From the NCBI GenBank assembly GCA_005881155.1, contig VBHN01000199.1, positions 11,115 through 59,549 on the forward strand: a DNA stretch of 48,435 nt, read 5' to 3'. Source of the DNA: Chloroflexota bacterium. Lineage in GTDB: Bacteria > Chloroflexota > Dormibacteria > Dormibacterales > Dormibacteraceae. The notes beneath the pieces are model-generated. The model was given only the letters and a program-made list of their open reading frames with translations. It made no database searches and was not told the origin of the DNA. This document shows, in pieces, positions 19,465-28,188 of this stretch; the stretch's first letter is position 1, and each line of letters starts with the position of its first letter. Made by a program: the position numbers and the translations under genes.

Positions 19465-19529
19465 CGGTCCTATCGGAATGGAAACGCAGCCAGGCCGTCA
19501 AGGGCAACGGTTCGGCCCTGCCGCGGGTT

Positions 19530-19903
19530 TGGTGGAGGCGGCGGGAGTTGAACCCGCGTCCGAAGCAGCGTCCCTCGGGATCTCTACGAGTGTTTTCGTG
19601 ATTTTGATCTCGCCTTGGGGCTCCTCACGACAGGATCCTTGCGGCCAGCCTCGGTGAAAGTCCCGCCCTGGAGCCGAGGCGCCTCCCAGGCGGCGATCCG
19701 GCTGTTTGACGTGGCTCCCCGGTCCGCCGGACCTACCGAGGGCCACGCCCGGGATCGAAGTCCCGGGGAGCTAACTCAGGCTACTTACGCGGCCAGAGCG
19801 AGCTGTGAGTGCTTGTTGGCACTTGTCTTTTTTGCGCTGTGACGCTCACGCCTTCGACTCGCGATCCCGAAGCCCAACTACCCCGTCGAGACCGGACGCC
19901 CCC
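19530..19903 (-). ncRNA. ssrA: tmRNA (SsrA)
   Basis: The 5' end GGGGGCGUCCGGUCUCGACGGGG (revcomp of 19881..19903) pairs with the 3' end ...GGGUUCAACUCCCGCCGCCUCCACCA (revcomp of 19530..). This gives an acceptor stem with the G3:U wobble. The tag reading frame at 19785..19820 encodes ANKHSQLALAA followed by a stop. Confidence 0.92.
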
Positions 19904-19990
19904 ACGAAAACCGGTGAACTTCGCGTTCGAAAATTCTACCCCCGTCCGGCGGGCTCCAACCGCTGCCCGGAACTTGACAATGCCCGGGAG

Positions 19991-20010
19991 CTAAGTGAAC
20001 ACTTACTTAG
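19991..20010 (+). promoter_or_regulatory. candidate TetR operator (overlapping inverted repeats abutting the start codon)
   Basis: In CTAAGTGAACACTTACTTAG the outer arms CTAAGT/ACTTAG and the inner arms AAGTG/CACTT are inverted repeats. The element ends 1 nt before the ATG at 20011. A TTGACA lies at 19973..19978. Confidence 0.35.
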
Positions 20011-21442
20011 ATGGCTGTCGCCACCCCCCGGCGGATGCCGGCCTCCACCCGCCGAGACCTGATCCTGGACGCCGCCGAGGTCGTCTTCGGCGGCCACGGC
20101 TACCACTCCGCGACGACTCGCGAGGTGGCCGCCCAGGCGGGCGTTTCGGAGGCTCTCCTCTACCAGCACTTCGCCGGCAAGCGCGAGCTCTTCGAAGCTG
20201 TCGCCGCACGCTCGATGGACCGCCTCGAGGCGATGCTGGAAGAGGCCCGCAGCACGGAGCAGCCCTTCCTCGCCGGGATGAGGGCCTACTTCGACTTCGT
20301 CGAGGAGCACCCCGACCTGCACCGGGTGTTCTTCCGTCAGGCGCTGCAGGCCGATCCGGCGGTAGAGGGCCTCTACGACTCCTTCATCCGCCGCCTGGCC
20401 GATCGCTTCGACGCCGAGGTGGTGGTGGCGGAGGGCCTGATCGGGATGGCCAACCAGCTCGCGCTGTGGTGGGCGGACGCCCGGGCCAGTCTCAAGGAGT
20501 TGGGCGACATCCGGATCGACGACGTGCTCTCCTTCATCGACCGCGGGATCGAGCAGATGCCCAGCTACCTGGATCTCTACCGGCGCTGGGAGAAGCAGCA
20601 GTGGGCCGTCGCCGACCTCGACTTCGAGCCGGATCAAAAGGAGTGGGCGACGCTGACCGAGGACGAGAAGAAGTACCCTCGACTTCGAGCCGGATCAAAA
20701 GGAGTGGGCGACGCTGACCGAGGACGAGAAGAAGTACACCCTCTGGACGATGCGGCTCTTCTTCAACGGCGAGGAGCGGGTCACCGCCACCCTGGCGCCC
20801 TTCGTCTGGGCCGCGCCGACGCCGGAGATCGAGATCTTCCTCTCCACCCAGATGGTCGACGAGGCGCGCCATTCGGTCTTCTTCGACAGCTGGTGGCGGG
20901 CCGTGCCCGGGACCGACAAGAAGGACATGGCGAGTCTCCTCGACGACGTCCGCCCGGCCGTCGCCGGCGGCTACAACGAGCTCTTCTACGACCGACTCCC
21001 CAACGTCGCCCAGCGGATGGCGAACAATCCTCGCGACCTCGACGCGCTGGTCGAGGGCGTGACCATGTACCACATCGTGATCGAGGCGACGCTGGCGCTG
21101 ACGGGCCAGCGCTTCACGCTCGACCAGATGCGCCAGGAGGGCAATACCGGCCTCGGCTTCTACCAGGGCTTCACCGCGGTGGCCCGAGACGAGTCGCGCC
21201 ACGTCAACTTCGGGATCAAGTTCCTGCAGGAGGCGATCCGGGATGACGCGGACCGCTTCGCGCCGCTGGTGCAGCGGACTCTGGTCGACTGCCTGCCCTT
21301 GATCACCGGCACGCTGGAGCCGCCGGATGGCGACCAGCGCTACTACACGGACTTTGGGCGCAGCCAGGACGAGGTCATGGACTACGCGATGAGCTCCCTC
21401 AACAAGCGCCTCCAGGCGATCGGGATAAATCTCGCCGCTTAG
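20011..21442 (+). pseudogene. TetR-family regulator fused in-frame to an R2-like ligand-binding oxidase (ferritin-like di-metal protein), frameshifted by a 61-bp tandem duplication
   Basis: The TetR HTH (RRDLILDAAEVVFGGHGYHSATTREVAAQAGVSEALLYQHF) and ligand domain run without a stop into MPSYLDLYRRWEKQQWAVADLDFEPDQKEW..., an R2lox N-terminus. After 20676 the frame is lost and ORF 20011..21246 becomes Arg/Gly junk. The R2lox body (GEERVT, VDEARH, IEATLA, RDESRH) continues in the +1 frame as ORF 20750..21442. Removing one repeat copy restores a single 456-codon ORF. Confidence 0.7.
20616..20737 (+). repeat. perfect 61-bp tandem duplication (2 copies)
   Basis: 20616..20676 and 20677..20737 are identical: CCTCGACTTCGAGCCGGATCAAAAGGAGTGGGCGACGCTGACCGAGGACGAGAAGAAGTAC. 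I checked this base by base. Confidence 0.95.
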
Positions 21443-21855
21443 GAAGCTTGGGCGGCCAGCGCCCTCCGAATGCTTTCCAGGTGGCCGCGGGTGTGCTGGG
21501 TCAGGCGCCGGGCCAGGCGGTCGTCGTCCCGCTCCCGGACCTGGGCCAGCGCCTGATCGGCGACCTCGCGCAGGACCAGGACCGTCTCCTCTCGGTCGGG
21601 GTTGGGCAGGGAAGCCGCATCCCGGGCGTTGATCACCGCCATCTCCTCGTCGGTCACCGTCCCCAGCGGCTGAGCGAGCCGCTCCGCCAGGAGCCGGTTG
21701 GCCTCCGCCACGTGGTGGGCGACGGCGCCGATGCTCCAGCCCTCGCCGGGGCAGCGGCGGTCCCACTGCTCCTCGCTGATCGACTCGCAGAGCTCGACCA
21801 GCTGGTCGGTCACCTCCTCGAACTCTTCCGCGTCAGCTTCGGCTTTCGAGCCCAT
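21439..21855 (-). CDS. DinB-superfamily (DinB_2 / mycothiol-dependent-enzyme-like) protein
   Basis: The pattern LVELCESISEEQWDRRCPGEGWSIGAVAHHVAEA is typical of the DinB four-helix bundle. Confidence 0.65.
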   Translation of the reverse strand: MGSKAEADAEEFEEVTDQLVELCESISEEQWDRRCPGEGWSIGAVAHHVAEANRLLAERLAQPLGTVTDEEMAVINARDAASLPNPDREETVLVLREVADQALAQVRERDDDRLARRLTQHTRGHLESIRRALAAQAS

Positions 21856-21872
21856 CCTATGAAAAAACCTCC

Positions 21873-22337
21873 CTATCCACGGCGCACCGCTCGCGCCATC
21901 TCCCGCTTCGCATCCGCCTCGGCCAGTGCCTCGCGCTTGTCGTACTGGCGCTTGCCGCGCGCCAGGCCGACCTCGACCTTGGCCCGGTTCCTCACAAAGT
22001 AGACCCGGAGCGGGATCAGCGTGTACCCCTTCTGCCGCACCTTGCCGATCAGGCTGTCGATCTCCTTGCGATGGAGGAGCAGCTTCCGCGGCCGCATCGG
22101 CTCGTGGTTCTGCAGGTTCGCCTGCGGATAGGGCGAGATGTGTACGTTCTCCAGCCAGGCCTGGTCGCCGTTGATCCGGACGTAGCCGTCGCGGAGGTTG
22201 GCGCGACCCGCGCGCAGTGATTTCACCTCCGTGCCCAGCAGCTCCAGACCCGCCTCCAGCCGCTCGTCGATGAAGTAGTCGTGGAAGGCCCGCCGGTTGC
22301 TGGCGATCTCCTTCGGAGGTGCATCCCGGTCGGTCAT
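21873..22337 (-). CDS. smpB: SsrA-binding protein
   Basis: IASNRRAFHDYFIDERLEAGLELLGTEVKSLRAGRANLRDGYV is classic SmpB. The gene lies 2 kb from ssrA. Confidence 0.95.
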   Translation of the reverse strand: MTDRDAPPKEIASNRRAFHDYFIDERLEAGLELLGTEVKSLRAGRANLRDGYVRINGDQAWLENVHISPYPQANLQNHEPMRPRKLLLHRKEIDSLIGKVRQKGYTLIPLRVYFVRNRAKVEVGLARGKRQYDKREALAEADAKREMARAVRRG

Positions 22338-23281
22338 GGCAGCAGCTGGCGCGCGGGCATCGGGCGGCGGCCGGGAAGCTGCACCTCCTCGACCAGGAAG
22401 GCGCCGTCGGCAGTCCCGACCAGCAGGCCCTCCTTGGTCGCGGAGATGACCTGGCCCGGCTTCCCCTTGCCGGGGGCGGTCCTGCCCCGCAGCACCTTGA
22501 CCTCCTTGCCGGCCAGCTCGGCCGTGGTTCCCGGCCAGGGGTTCAGGGCCCGGACCCGGCGGTCGACCTCGGCCGCAGGCAGGGCCCAGGAGAGCTCTCC
22601 GTCCTCCTTGCGCAAGCGCGGGGCGAGCGTGGCCCGGCCATGGTCCTGCTCATGAGGCTCCAACCCGTCCAGGCCCGCCACCACCTCGGTCAGGAGCTCG
22701 GCGCCGATCGGAGCGAGCCGCGCCGTCAGCTCCTCGGCGGTCTCGCCCGGCGCGATCTCCACCTCCCGGGTTGCGAGGACCGGTCCGTGGTCGAGCTGCT
22801 CGTCCATGCGCATGATCGTCACGCCGGTCACGCGGTCGCCGGCGAGGATGGCGTGCGCGATCGGGGCGGCGCCCCGATGACGCGGCAGCAATGACGCATG
22901 CACGTTCAGGGCACCGTGCCTTGGAATCTCGAGCACCTCGCGCGGAAGGATCTGGCCGTAGGCGACCACCACCAGCAGGTCCGGGTCGGCCCACTTGATC
23001 TGGGCGATCGCCTCCGGCGAGCCGACCCGGTCGGGCTGGTAGACGTGCAGGCCCTGCTTCAGTGCCACCTGCTTGACCGGCGTGGGCAGGATCTTGTTCC
23101 GGTGCCCGGGTCGGTCGGGCTGGGTCAGGACCAGGACGAGGTCGTGGCCGGCTGCGATCAGGGCCTCGAGGGAGGGCACGGCAAACGCCGCCGTGCCGGC
23201 GAAGACGATGCGCAGGGGATTCCGCTCAGGCCTCGACCACCGCCACGGCCTCTTCCTCTTCCTCGTCCTCGAGATCCTCAA
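22334..23281 (-). CDS. fmt: methionyl-tRNA formyltransferase
   Basis: LRIVFAGTAAFAVPSLEALI..., the HASLLPRHRGAAPI motif and the C-terminal domain are present. The ATG at 23281 overlaps def by 56 nt. The conserved core starts at about 23215, so the true start is uncertain. Confidence 0.88.
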   Translation of the reverse strand: MRISRTRKRKRPWRWSRPERNPLRIVFAGTAAFAVPSLEALIAAGHDLVLVLTQPDRPGHRNKILPTPVKQVALKQGLHVYQPDRVGSPEAIAQIKWADPDLLVVVAYGQILPREVLEIPRHGALNVHASLLPRHRGAAPIAHAILAGDRVTGVTIMRMDEQLDHGPVLATREVEIAPGETAEELTARLAPIGAELLTEVVAGLDGLEPHEQDHGRATLAPRLRKEDGELSWALPAAEVDRRVRALNPWPGTTAELAGKEVKVLRGRTAPGKGKPGQVISATKEGLLVGTADGAFLVEEVQLPGRRPMPARQLLP

Positions 23282-23741
23282 GTTTGCGGAGGGTGTCGAG
23301 GCTTGTCAGGCGGTCGATGAAGAGGATTCCGTCGAGGTGGTCGAGCTCGTGCTGGTAGGCGCGGGCGGTGAAGCCCGAGGACTTGATCCGGACCTCCTTC
23401 CCGTGGCGGTTGCGGCCCTTGATCACGACCTCTTCGTAACGCGCCACCTCGCCGACCCAGCCAGGGTAGCTGAGGCACCCCTCGTAGCCGACCTGGACGC
23501 CTTCGCCCTTCACCAGCTCGGGGTTGACGAGGCCTATCACCTGGTTCTCCTCGCCCTTCACCACGAAGACGCGCAGGGGCACACCGACCTGCGGCGCGGC
23601 GAGCCCAGCCCCGGGCGCCGCGAGCATGGTCTCGGCGAGGTCGTCGATCAGCCTGATGATCGAGGCGTCGACCTTGGGCACCCGCTTGGCCTTCTCGCGG
23701 AGTGTGGGGTGATCGAAGCCGTAGATCGTTCGGAGAGCCAT
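23226..23741 (-). CDS. def: peptide deformylase
   Basis: Motifs GLAAPQVG, EGCLS and HELDH are present, followed by an acidic C-terminal tail. Confidence 0.95.
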   Translation of the reverse strand: MALRTIYGFDHPTLREKAKRVPKVDASIIRLIDDLAETMLAAPGAGLAAPQVGVPLRVFVVKGEENQVIGLVNPELVKGEGVQVGYEGCLSYPGWVGEVARYEEVVIKGRNRHGKEVRIKSSGFTARAYQHELDHLDGILFIDRLTSLDTLRKLEDLEDEEEEEAVAVVEA

Positions 23742-23787
23742 CCGAGTTCAGTCTACCCAGCGATCCCCGCTAATCTACCGTCAGGGA

Positions 23788-24255
23788 ATGGCTCCCAGTG
23801 ACCTCCTGACTCCGCTGCACGGGCAGCGCGAGGAGACGCTCAAGGTCTTGGATTCGCTGTCCGAGGCCGACCTGGATCGGGTTCACGCAGCCAGCGGCTG
23901 GAGCGTCCGCAACATCATCGGCCACATCGCCAGCGCCGAGATGGGCGAGGCCTTCTTCATCCGGATGGCGGCCGAGGGCGAGCTCATTCACATGGACCCA
24001 GACAGCCGCGACGCCTTCAACCACGACGAGGTCGCCAAGACCGACGGCTGGACGATTGACCGCTGCCGGACCGAGCTGGCTGACGCGCGCGACACGCTCA
24101 GCGAGGTCTTCGGCAAGCTCGTCGAGGACGACCTGGACCGAGCGATCCGGTGGCCGGAATGGCCGGCCCGGACGATCCGGGCCTCCATTCCGTACATGCT
24201 CGAGCACGAGGACTCGCACGTCGACTGGATCCGAGAAGCCCTCGACCGGGACTGA
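23788..24255 (+). CDS. DinB-family protein
   Basis: LHGQREETLKVLDSLSEADLDRVHAASGWSVRNIIGHIASAE...EHEDSHVDWI shows the DinB metal-binding His pattern. Confidence 0.65.
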   Translation: MAPSDLLTPLHGQREETLKVLDSLSEADLDRVHAASGWSVRNIIGHIASAEMGEAFFIRMAAEGELIHMDPDSRDAFNHDEVAKTDGWTIDRCRTELADARDTLSEVFGKLVEDDLDRAIRWPEWPARTIRASIPYMLEHEDSHVDWIREALDRD

Positions 24256-24263
24256 ATTTCCGG

Positions 24264-26231
24264 CTACATCACGGGGTCGACGTCGTAGGACCAGCCGCGG
24301 CCCCTGGGCGCCAGGTGGGCCAGGCGGGACAGGCCCTCGCCCTTGAGGGTGAGCTGCCAGCGGTAGGAGCCGCGCAGCTTGAGGATGAAGGCTGGTGACG
24401 GACCCATCAGCTTCACCCCCTGGATCGCGCCGCGGACCATCCCCGTCGCCAGCCACTCCGCGCCGTCGCGAGCCGTGGCCGCGGCGCGCTCGGCGTCGTC
24501 GTCGGAGTAGGTGAGCACGGCGAGCTCGGCGAAGGGCGGGAAGCCGAAGATCTCCCGGGAGGGCAGCTCCTCCCGGTAGAAGCCCAGGTAGTCGTGCTCC
24601 GCGGCGCGGCGCAGAGCGTAGTGCTCGGGGTTGGAGGTCTGCACGACCACCCGCGCCGGCCGGCCGGTGCGGCCCGCCCGGCCCGCCACCTGGGTGACGA
24701 GCGCGAAGGTGTTCTCGGCCGAGCGGTAGTCCGGGAAGTGCAGCGGCAGGTCGGCATCGACCACGCCCACCGCGGCCACCGCGGGCAGGTCGAAGCCCCG
24801 CGCCACCAGCTGGGTTCCGACCAGGATGTCGGCCCGGCCCGAGGAGAAGGCGTCGAAGATCTCGAAATAGCCCTCCTCCCCACCTGCCGTGTCGCGGTCC
24901 AGGCGGAGGATCCGCGCCTCCGGCCAGAGCCGGCGCGCCAGCGACTCCAGCCGCTGGGTGCCGATCCCGAAGGCCCGGATCTGGCGGGAGCCACAGTACG
25001 GGCAGTGCGCCGGCAGCGGCTCCGCGAACCCGCAGTAATGGCAGGCCAGCCCGTCCAGCTCGGCGTGCTGGACGAGCGCCACCGAGCAGTTGGGGCACTG
25101 CACGCTGCGGCCGCAATCCCGGCAGAGCACGAAGGTCGCCATACCCCGCCGGTTGAGGAAGAGGATCGCCTGCTGCTCGGAGTCGAGGGCGGCGTCCACG
25201 ACCTCCTTGAGGCGGCGGCTGACCGGCGACCGGTTGCCAGCCTCCGGCTCCTGGCGCATGTCCACCAGCTCCACCTCGGGCAGGCCGCCACCGATGCGCT
25301 GGGGCAGCTCGGCCAGCGCCAGCGCGCCCGTTTCGGCCTCGCGGTAGGTGGCCACGGAGGGGGTCGCCGAGCCCAGCAGGAGCCGGGCCCCCGCCAGCTC
25401 AGCCAACCGTCGCGCCACCCAGCCGGCGTCATAGCGAGGGGTCCGATCCTGTTTGTAGGACGACGAGCCCTCCTCGTCCACGCAGACAAGTCCCAGGCGC
25501 GGCAGCGGCGCGAACACTGCCGAGCGGGAGCCGACGACCAGGTCGACCTCGCCCCGGCGAGCCCGCCACCATTGCTGCGCCCGCTCCAGCTCGGTCAGCC
25601 GCGAATGGAGCACGGCCAGCCGGCCTCCGAAGCGGCGCGCGAAGCGCTCGACCAGCTGCGGTGTGAGCGAGATCTCCGGCACCAGGACCAGCGACTGCAG
25701 CCCGTCGACGCGGGCGGCCTCGACGGCGGCGAGGTAGACCTCGGTCTTGCCGCTGCCGGTCACCCCGTGCAGGAGCACGGCCTGGTTGCTCCGCACCTGG
25801 GCGACCGCCGCGCGCTGGGCGGGCGTCAGCGGCCGGGGCGTCTCGGGGGCCTGGCCAGATCCTGCCGCCTGAGCCAGCAGCGCGCTGTGCCGGCGCTGGC
25901 GCGTCGAGGGGCCGGCGCCGCTCGACCTGCCGCCGCGGATGCGCGGCGGGACCATCGCGCGAATGCACTCCAGCAGCGGCGCCCAATAATGCTCCGCCAT
26001 CGCCCGCGCCAGCTCCAGCTGGTGCGGCAGCAGGAGCGGTTCCCGGTCGGTGCGCTCGATCGCCTTCAGCTCGATGCCCGGGTCTTCGCCGGAGACTGCC
26101 AGGACGTAGCCCCAGGCCGAGCGGCGGCCGAAGGGCACCAGCACCCGGTGACCCGGGACCAGCTCCATGTCGTCCGGCACCAGGTACGTGTAGTGACCGC
26201 GGTCCAGCGCCCGCGCCGCCTCGACCGCCAC
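24264..26231 (-). CDS. priA: primosomal protein N' (replication restart helicase PriA)
   Basis: GTG start at 26231. Walker A GVTGSGKTEVY, the DExx box VDEEGSS and the Cys-rich Zn region CRDCG..CPNCS..CHYCG..CPYCGS are present. Confidence 0.9.
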   Translation of the reverse strand: MAVEAARALDRGHYTYLVPDDMELVPGHRVLVPFGRRSAWGYVLAVSGEDPGIELKAIERTDREPLLLPHQLELARAMAEHYWAPLLECIRAMVPPRIRGGRSSGAGPSTRQRRHSALLAQAAGSGQAPETPRPLTPAQRAAVAQVRSNQAVLLHGVTGSGKTEVYLAAVEAARVDGLQSLVLVPEISLTPQLVERFARRFGGRLAVLHSRLTELERAQQWWRARRGEVDLVVGSRSAVFAPLPRLGLVCVDEEGSSSYKQDRTPRYDAGWVARRLAELAGARLLLGSATPSVATYREAETGALALAELPQRIGGGLPEVELVDMRQEPEAGNRSPVSRRLKEVVDAALDSEQQAILFLNRRGMATFVLCRDCGRSVQCPNCSVALVQHAELDGLACHYCGFAEPLPAHCPYCGSRQIRAFGIGTQRLESLARRLWPEARILRLDRDTAGGEEGYFEIFDAFSSGRADILVGTQLVARGFDLPAVAAVGVVDADLPLHFPDYRSAENTFALVTQVAGRAGRTGRPARVVVQTSNPEHYALRRAAEHDYLGFYREELPSREIFGFPPFAELAVLTYSDDDAERAAATARDGAEWLATGMVRGAIQGVKLMGPSPAFILKLRGSYRWQLTLKGEGLSRLAHLAPRGRGWSYDVDPVM

Positions 26232-26265
26232 CTCGGCGTACCGGATCCGGGTCAGGCCTTGTCCC

Positions 26266-26971
26266 TCAGCCCTGGCTGGGCGGGGTGGCTGCCGTCGAGA
26301 ACAGGTCCGTCGGCTGGACGGCGATCGCGCCCGCGGGCACCTTCGGGGTCGGAACCTTGCCCAGCTTGGTGAAGGTCAGAGAAGACGTGAAGGCGGACTT
26401 GAGGCCGGTGTCCGGGTCGGTGCCCCTCCTTGGCGGCGGTCACGACCATCGACTGCAGCTGTTCGAGCTGGTCGCCGCTCGGCGTCACCGCGTACTGGTC
26501 GCTGAAGGAGCCGTTGCTGTAGTTGGTGGTCTTGGTGACCTTGGTCGCCAGCAGCGCCGACTCCCGCAGCAGGTTCAGCCGGACGCCCGGGTAGAAGGTG
26601 TTGGCGACGGCCGCCGCACCCAGGAAGAACGCCCGGGAGCTCCCATGGGGGCGGACGTACAGCTCGGAATCGTTGATGACGACGTCGTAGGCGCCGCCCG
26701 ACTGGCCGCTGCCGTTGGTGAGCTGCAAGATCAGCACGACCCGGTCGTCGCGCGTCTGGCCGTTCGCGGTGAACTTGATCTGGGCCATCTTCCCCTTGGG
26801 GACGTCACCACCGGTCTCGGTCAGCGTCTCCGTCATCTGGAAGCTGGCGCCCTTGGACTCCACCTCCCGGACGGCGCTTGCGACCGTCTGCAGGTCGGAG
26901 TCGCCGCCGCTGGCGCCGCAGGCGACCAAGGCGACCACGGCGGCCAGGGTCATGGCCAGCAGGCGTCTCAC
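26266..26971 (-). pseudogene. lipoprotein (LppX/LprAFG-like size and layout) with an apparent frameshift near codon 180
   Basis: The signal peptide and lipobox MRRLLAMTLAAVVALVACG are present. Downstream of about 26437 the annotated frame (stop at 26252) becomes Arg/Gly/His-rich with poor GC3. The other frame reads GTDPDTGLKSAFTSSLTFTKLGKVPTPKVPAGAIAVQPTDLFSTAATPPSQG, has about 92 percent GC3 and stops at 26266..26268. Confidence 0.55.
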
Positions 26972-28188
26972 CGCAGCCTGTCCTTGACGGCGTCCAGGAT
27001 CCGCTCGGCCATCTGCCGTTTCGAAGAGCGCCCCAGGGCGAGCCGCTCGCCGCTCCGGAAGAACATCACGCCTTCGTTCTCGTCGCTGCCGAAGACGCCT
27101 CCCCGGATGTCGTTGGCGACGATGGCATCCAGCTTCTTGCGCGCCAGCTTCTCCGCCGCGTGCGCCTCGAGGTCGGCGTCCTCGGCCGCGAAGCCGACCC
27201 GGAAGACGCCCTCGGCCTGGCTGTCCTTGCCGAGCTCGGCAAGGATGTCCACGTTTCGCTCCAGCTTCAGCTCCAGCGTCTCCGTCTCCTCGCGCCGGAT
27301 CTTGCCCGACACGGTCCGGGCCGGCCGGAAGTCCGCCACCGCGGCCACCATGACCAACAGGTCGGCGCCGTCAAGCTCCTGCCGCACCGTGTCCAGCATC
27401 TCCAGCGCGGACTCCACGCGGCGGACCGAGACGCCAGGGTGGCCGGCGAAAGGCGCCGTCGTCACCAGGGCCACGGTCGCGCCCCGCTCCGCCGCCGCCT
27501 CGGCCACCGCGTGGCCCATCTTCCCGCTCGAATAGTTGCTGATGAAACGGACCGGGTCGATCGCCTCCCGGGTGCCGCCGGCGGTGACCACGACCCGGCG
27601 GCCGGCCAGGTCGTAGCGAGCCCGGATCGCGGCCTCGAGGCCCGCGAAGATCTCGGCGGCCGAGGCCAGCCGGCCCGCTCCTGCGTGCCCGCTGGCCAGC
27701 CTTCCCGACTCCGGCTCGACGAGCGTGAAGCCGCGTTCCCGGAGCACCGACAGGTTGGCCGCCACGGCCGGCTTGGCCCACATCGCGTCGTTCATGGCCG
27801 GCGCCACCACGACCGGGCAGCGAGCGGCCAGGACGGTCGCCGTCACCAGGTCGTCGGAGTGGCCGCCGGCCAGCTTGGCAAGCAGGTTGGCCGTCGCCGG
27901 CGCCAGCAGGACCGCCTGCGCCCAGTCGCCCAGGGCGACGTGAGGCTCCGCCTGACCCGTGTTGGCCCAGAGGTCGGTCTGCACTGGCTGTCCGGTGAGC
28001 CCGTGGAAGGTGGCGCCGCCGACGAAGCGGGTCGCGGCCGCGGTCATGGCGACGCGGACCTGGCAGCCCGCCTGGAGGAGCTGAGAGACGAGGTCGGCGA
28101 CCTTGTAGGCGGCGATCCCGCCCGAGACCATGACCGCCACCCGGCGACCCCGCACGGCGGCCGGGACCTCGGCAGGATCAATTGGCAC
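26968..28188 (-). CDS. coaBC: bifunctional phosphopantothenoylcysteine decarboxylase / phosphopantothenate-cysteine ligase
   Basis: The N-terminal flavoprotein domain (VSGGIAAYK) and the C-terminal CoaB domain (ISNYSSGKMG) are both present. Confidence 0.95.
   Translation of the reverse strand: MPIDPAEVPAAVRGRRVAVMVSGGIAAYKVADLVSQLLQAGCQVRVAMTAAATRFVGGATFHGLTGQPVQTDLWANTGQAEPHVALGDWAQAVLLAPATANLLAKLAGGHSDDLVTATVLAARCPVVVAPAMNDAMWAKPAVAANLSVLRERGFTLVEPESGRLASGHAGAGRLASAAEIFAGLEAAIRARYDLAGRRVVVTAGGTREAIDPVRFISNYSSGKMGHAVAEAAAERGATVALVTTAPFAGHPGVSVRRVESALEMLDTVRQELDGADLLVMVAAVADFRPARTVSGKIRREETETLELKLERNVDILAELGKDSQAEGVFRVGFAAEDADLEAHAAEKLARKKLDAIVANDIRGGVFGSDENEGVMFFRSGERLALGRSSKRQMAERILDAVKDRLR

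Noticed and set aside
20750-21442. ORF 20750-21442 as an independent, intact gene for a short R2-like protein.
   Set aside because: It begins in the middle of the first conserved helix region (TLWT-MRLFFNGEERV). It has no RBS or promoter of its own. It is exactly the +1-frame continuation predicted from the 61-bp duplication. A truncated product from this ATG cannot be excluded, because all metal ligands lie downstream.
23209-23281. fmt as a third example of CTG initiation (CTG at 23215 giving LRIVFAGT).
   Set aside because: This CTG does not overlap the def stop, which is TGA at 23226-23228 in another register. An in-frame ATG at 23281 exists with only a 56-nt overlap. The evidence is weaker than for nudC and rluD, so only start uncertainty is noted.
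28178-28188. A missing rpoZ between gmk and coaBC, and a possible hidden small ORF there.
   Set aside because: gmk and coaBC overlap by 11 nt, so there is no room for an omega-subunit gene. Its absence from this position is a synteny difference, not evidence of anything hidden.
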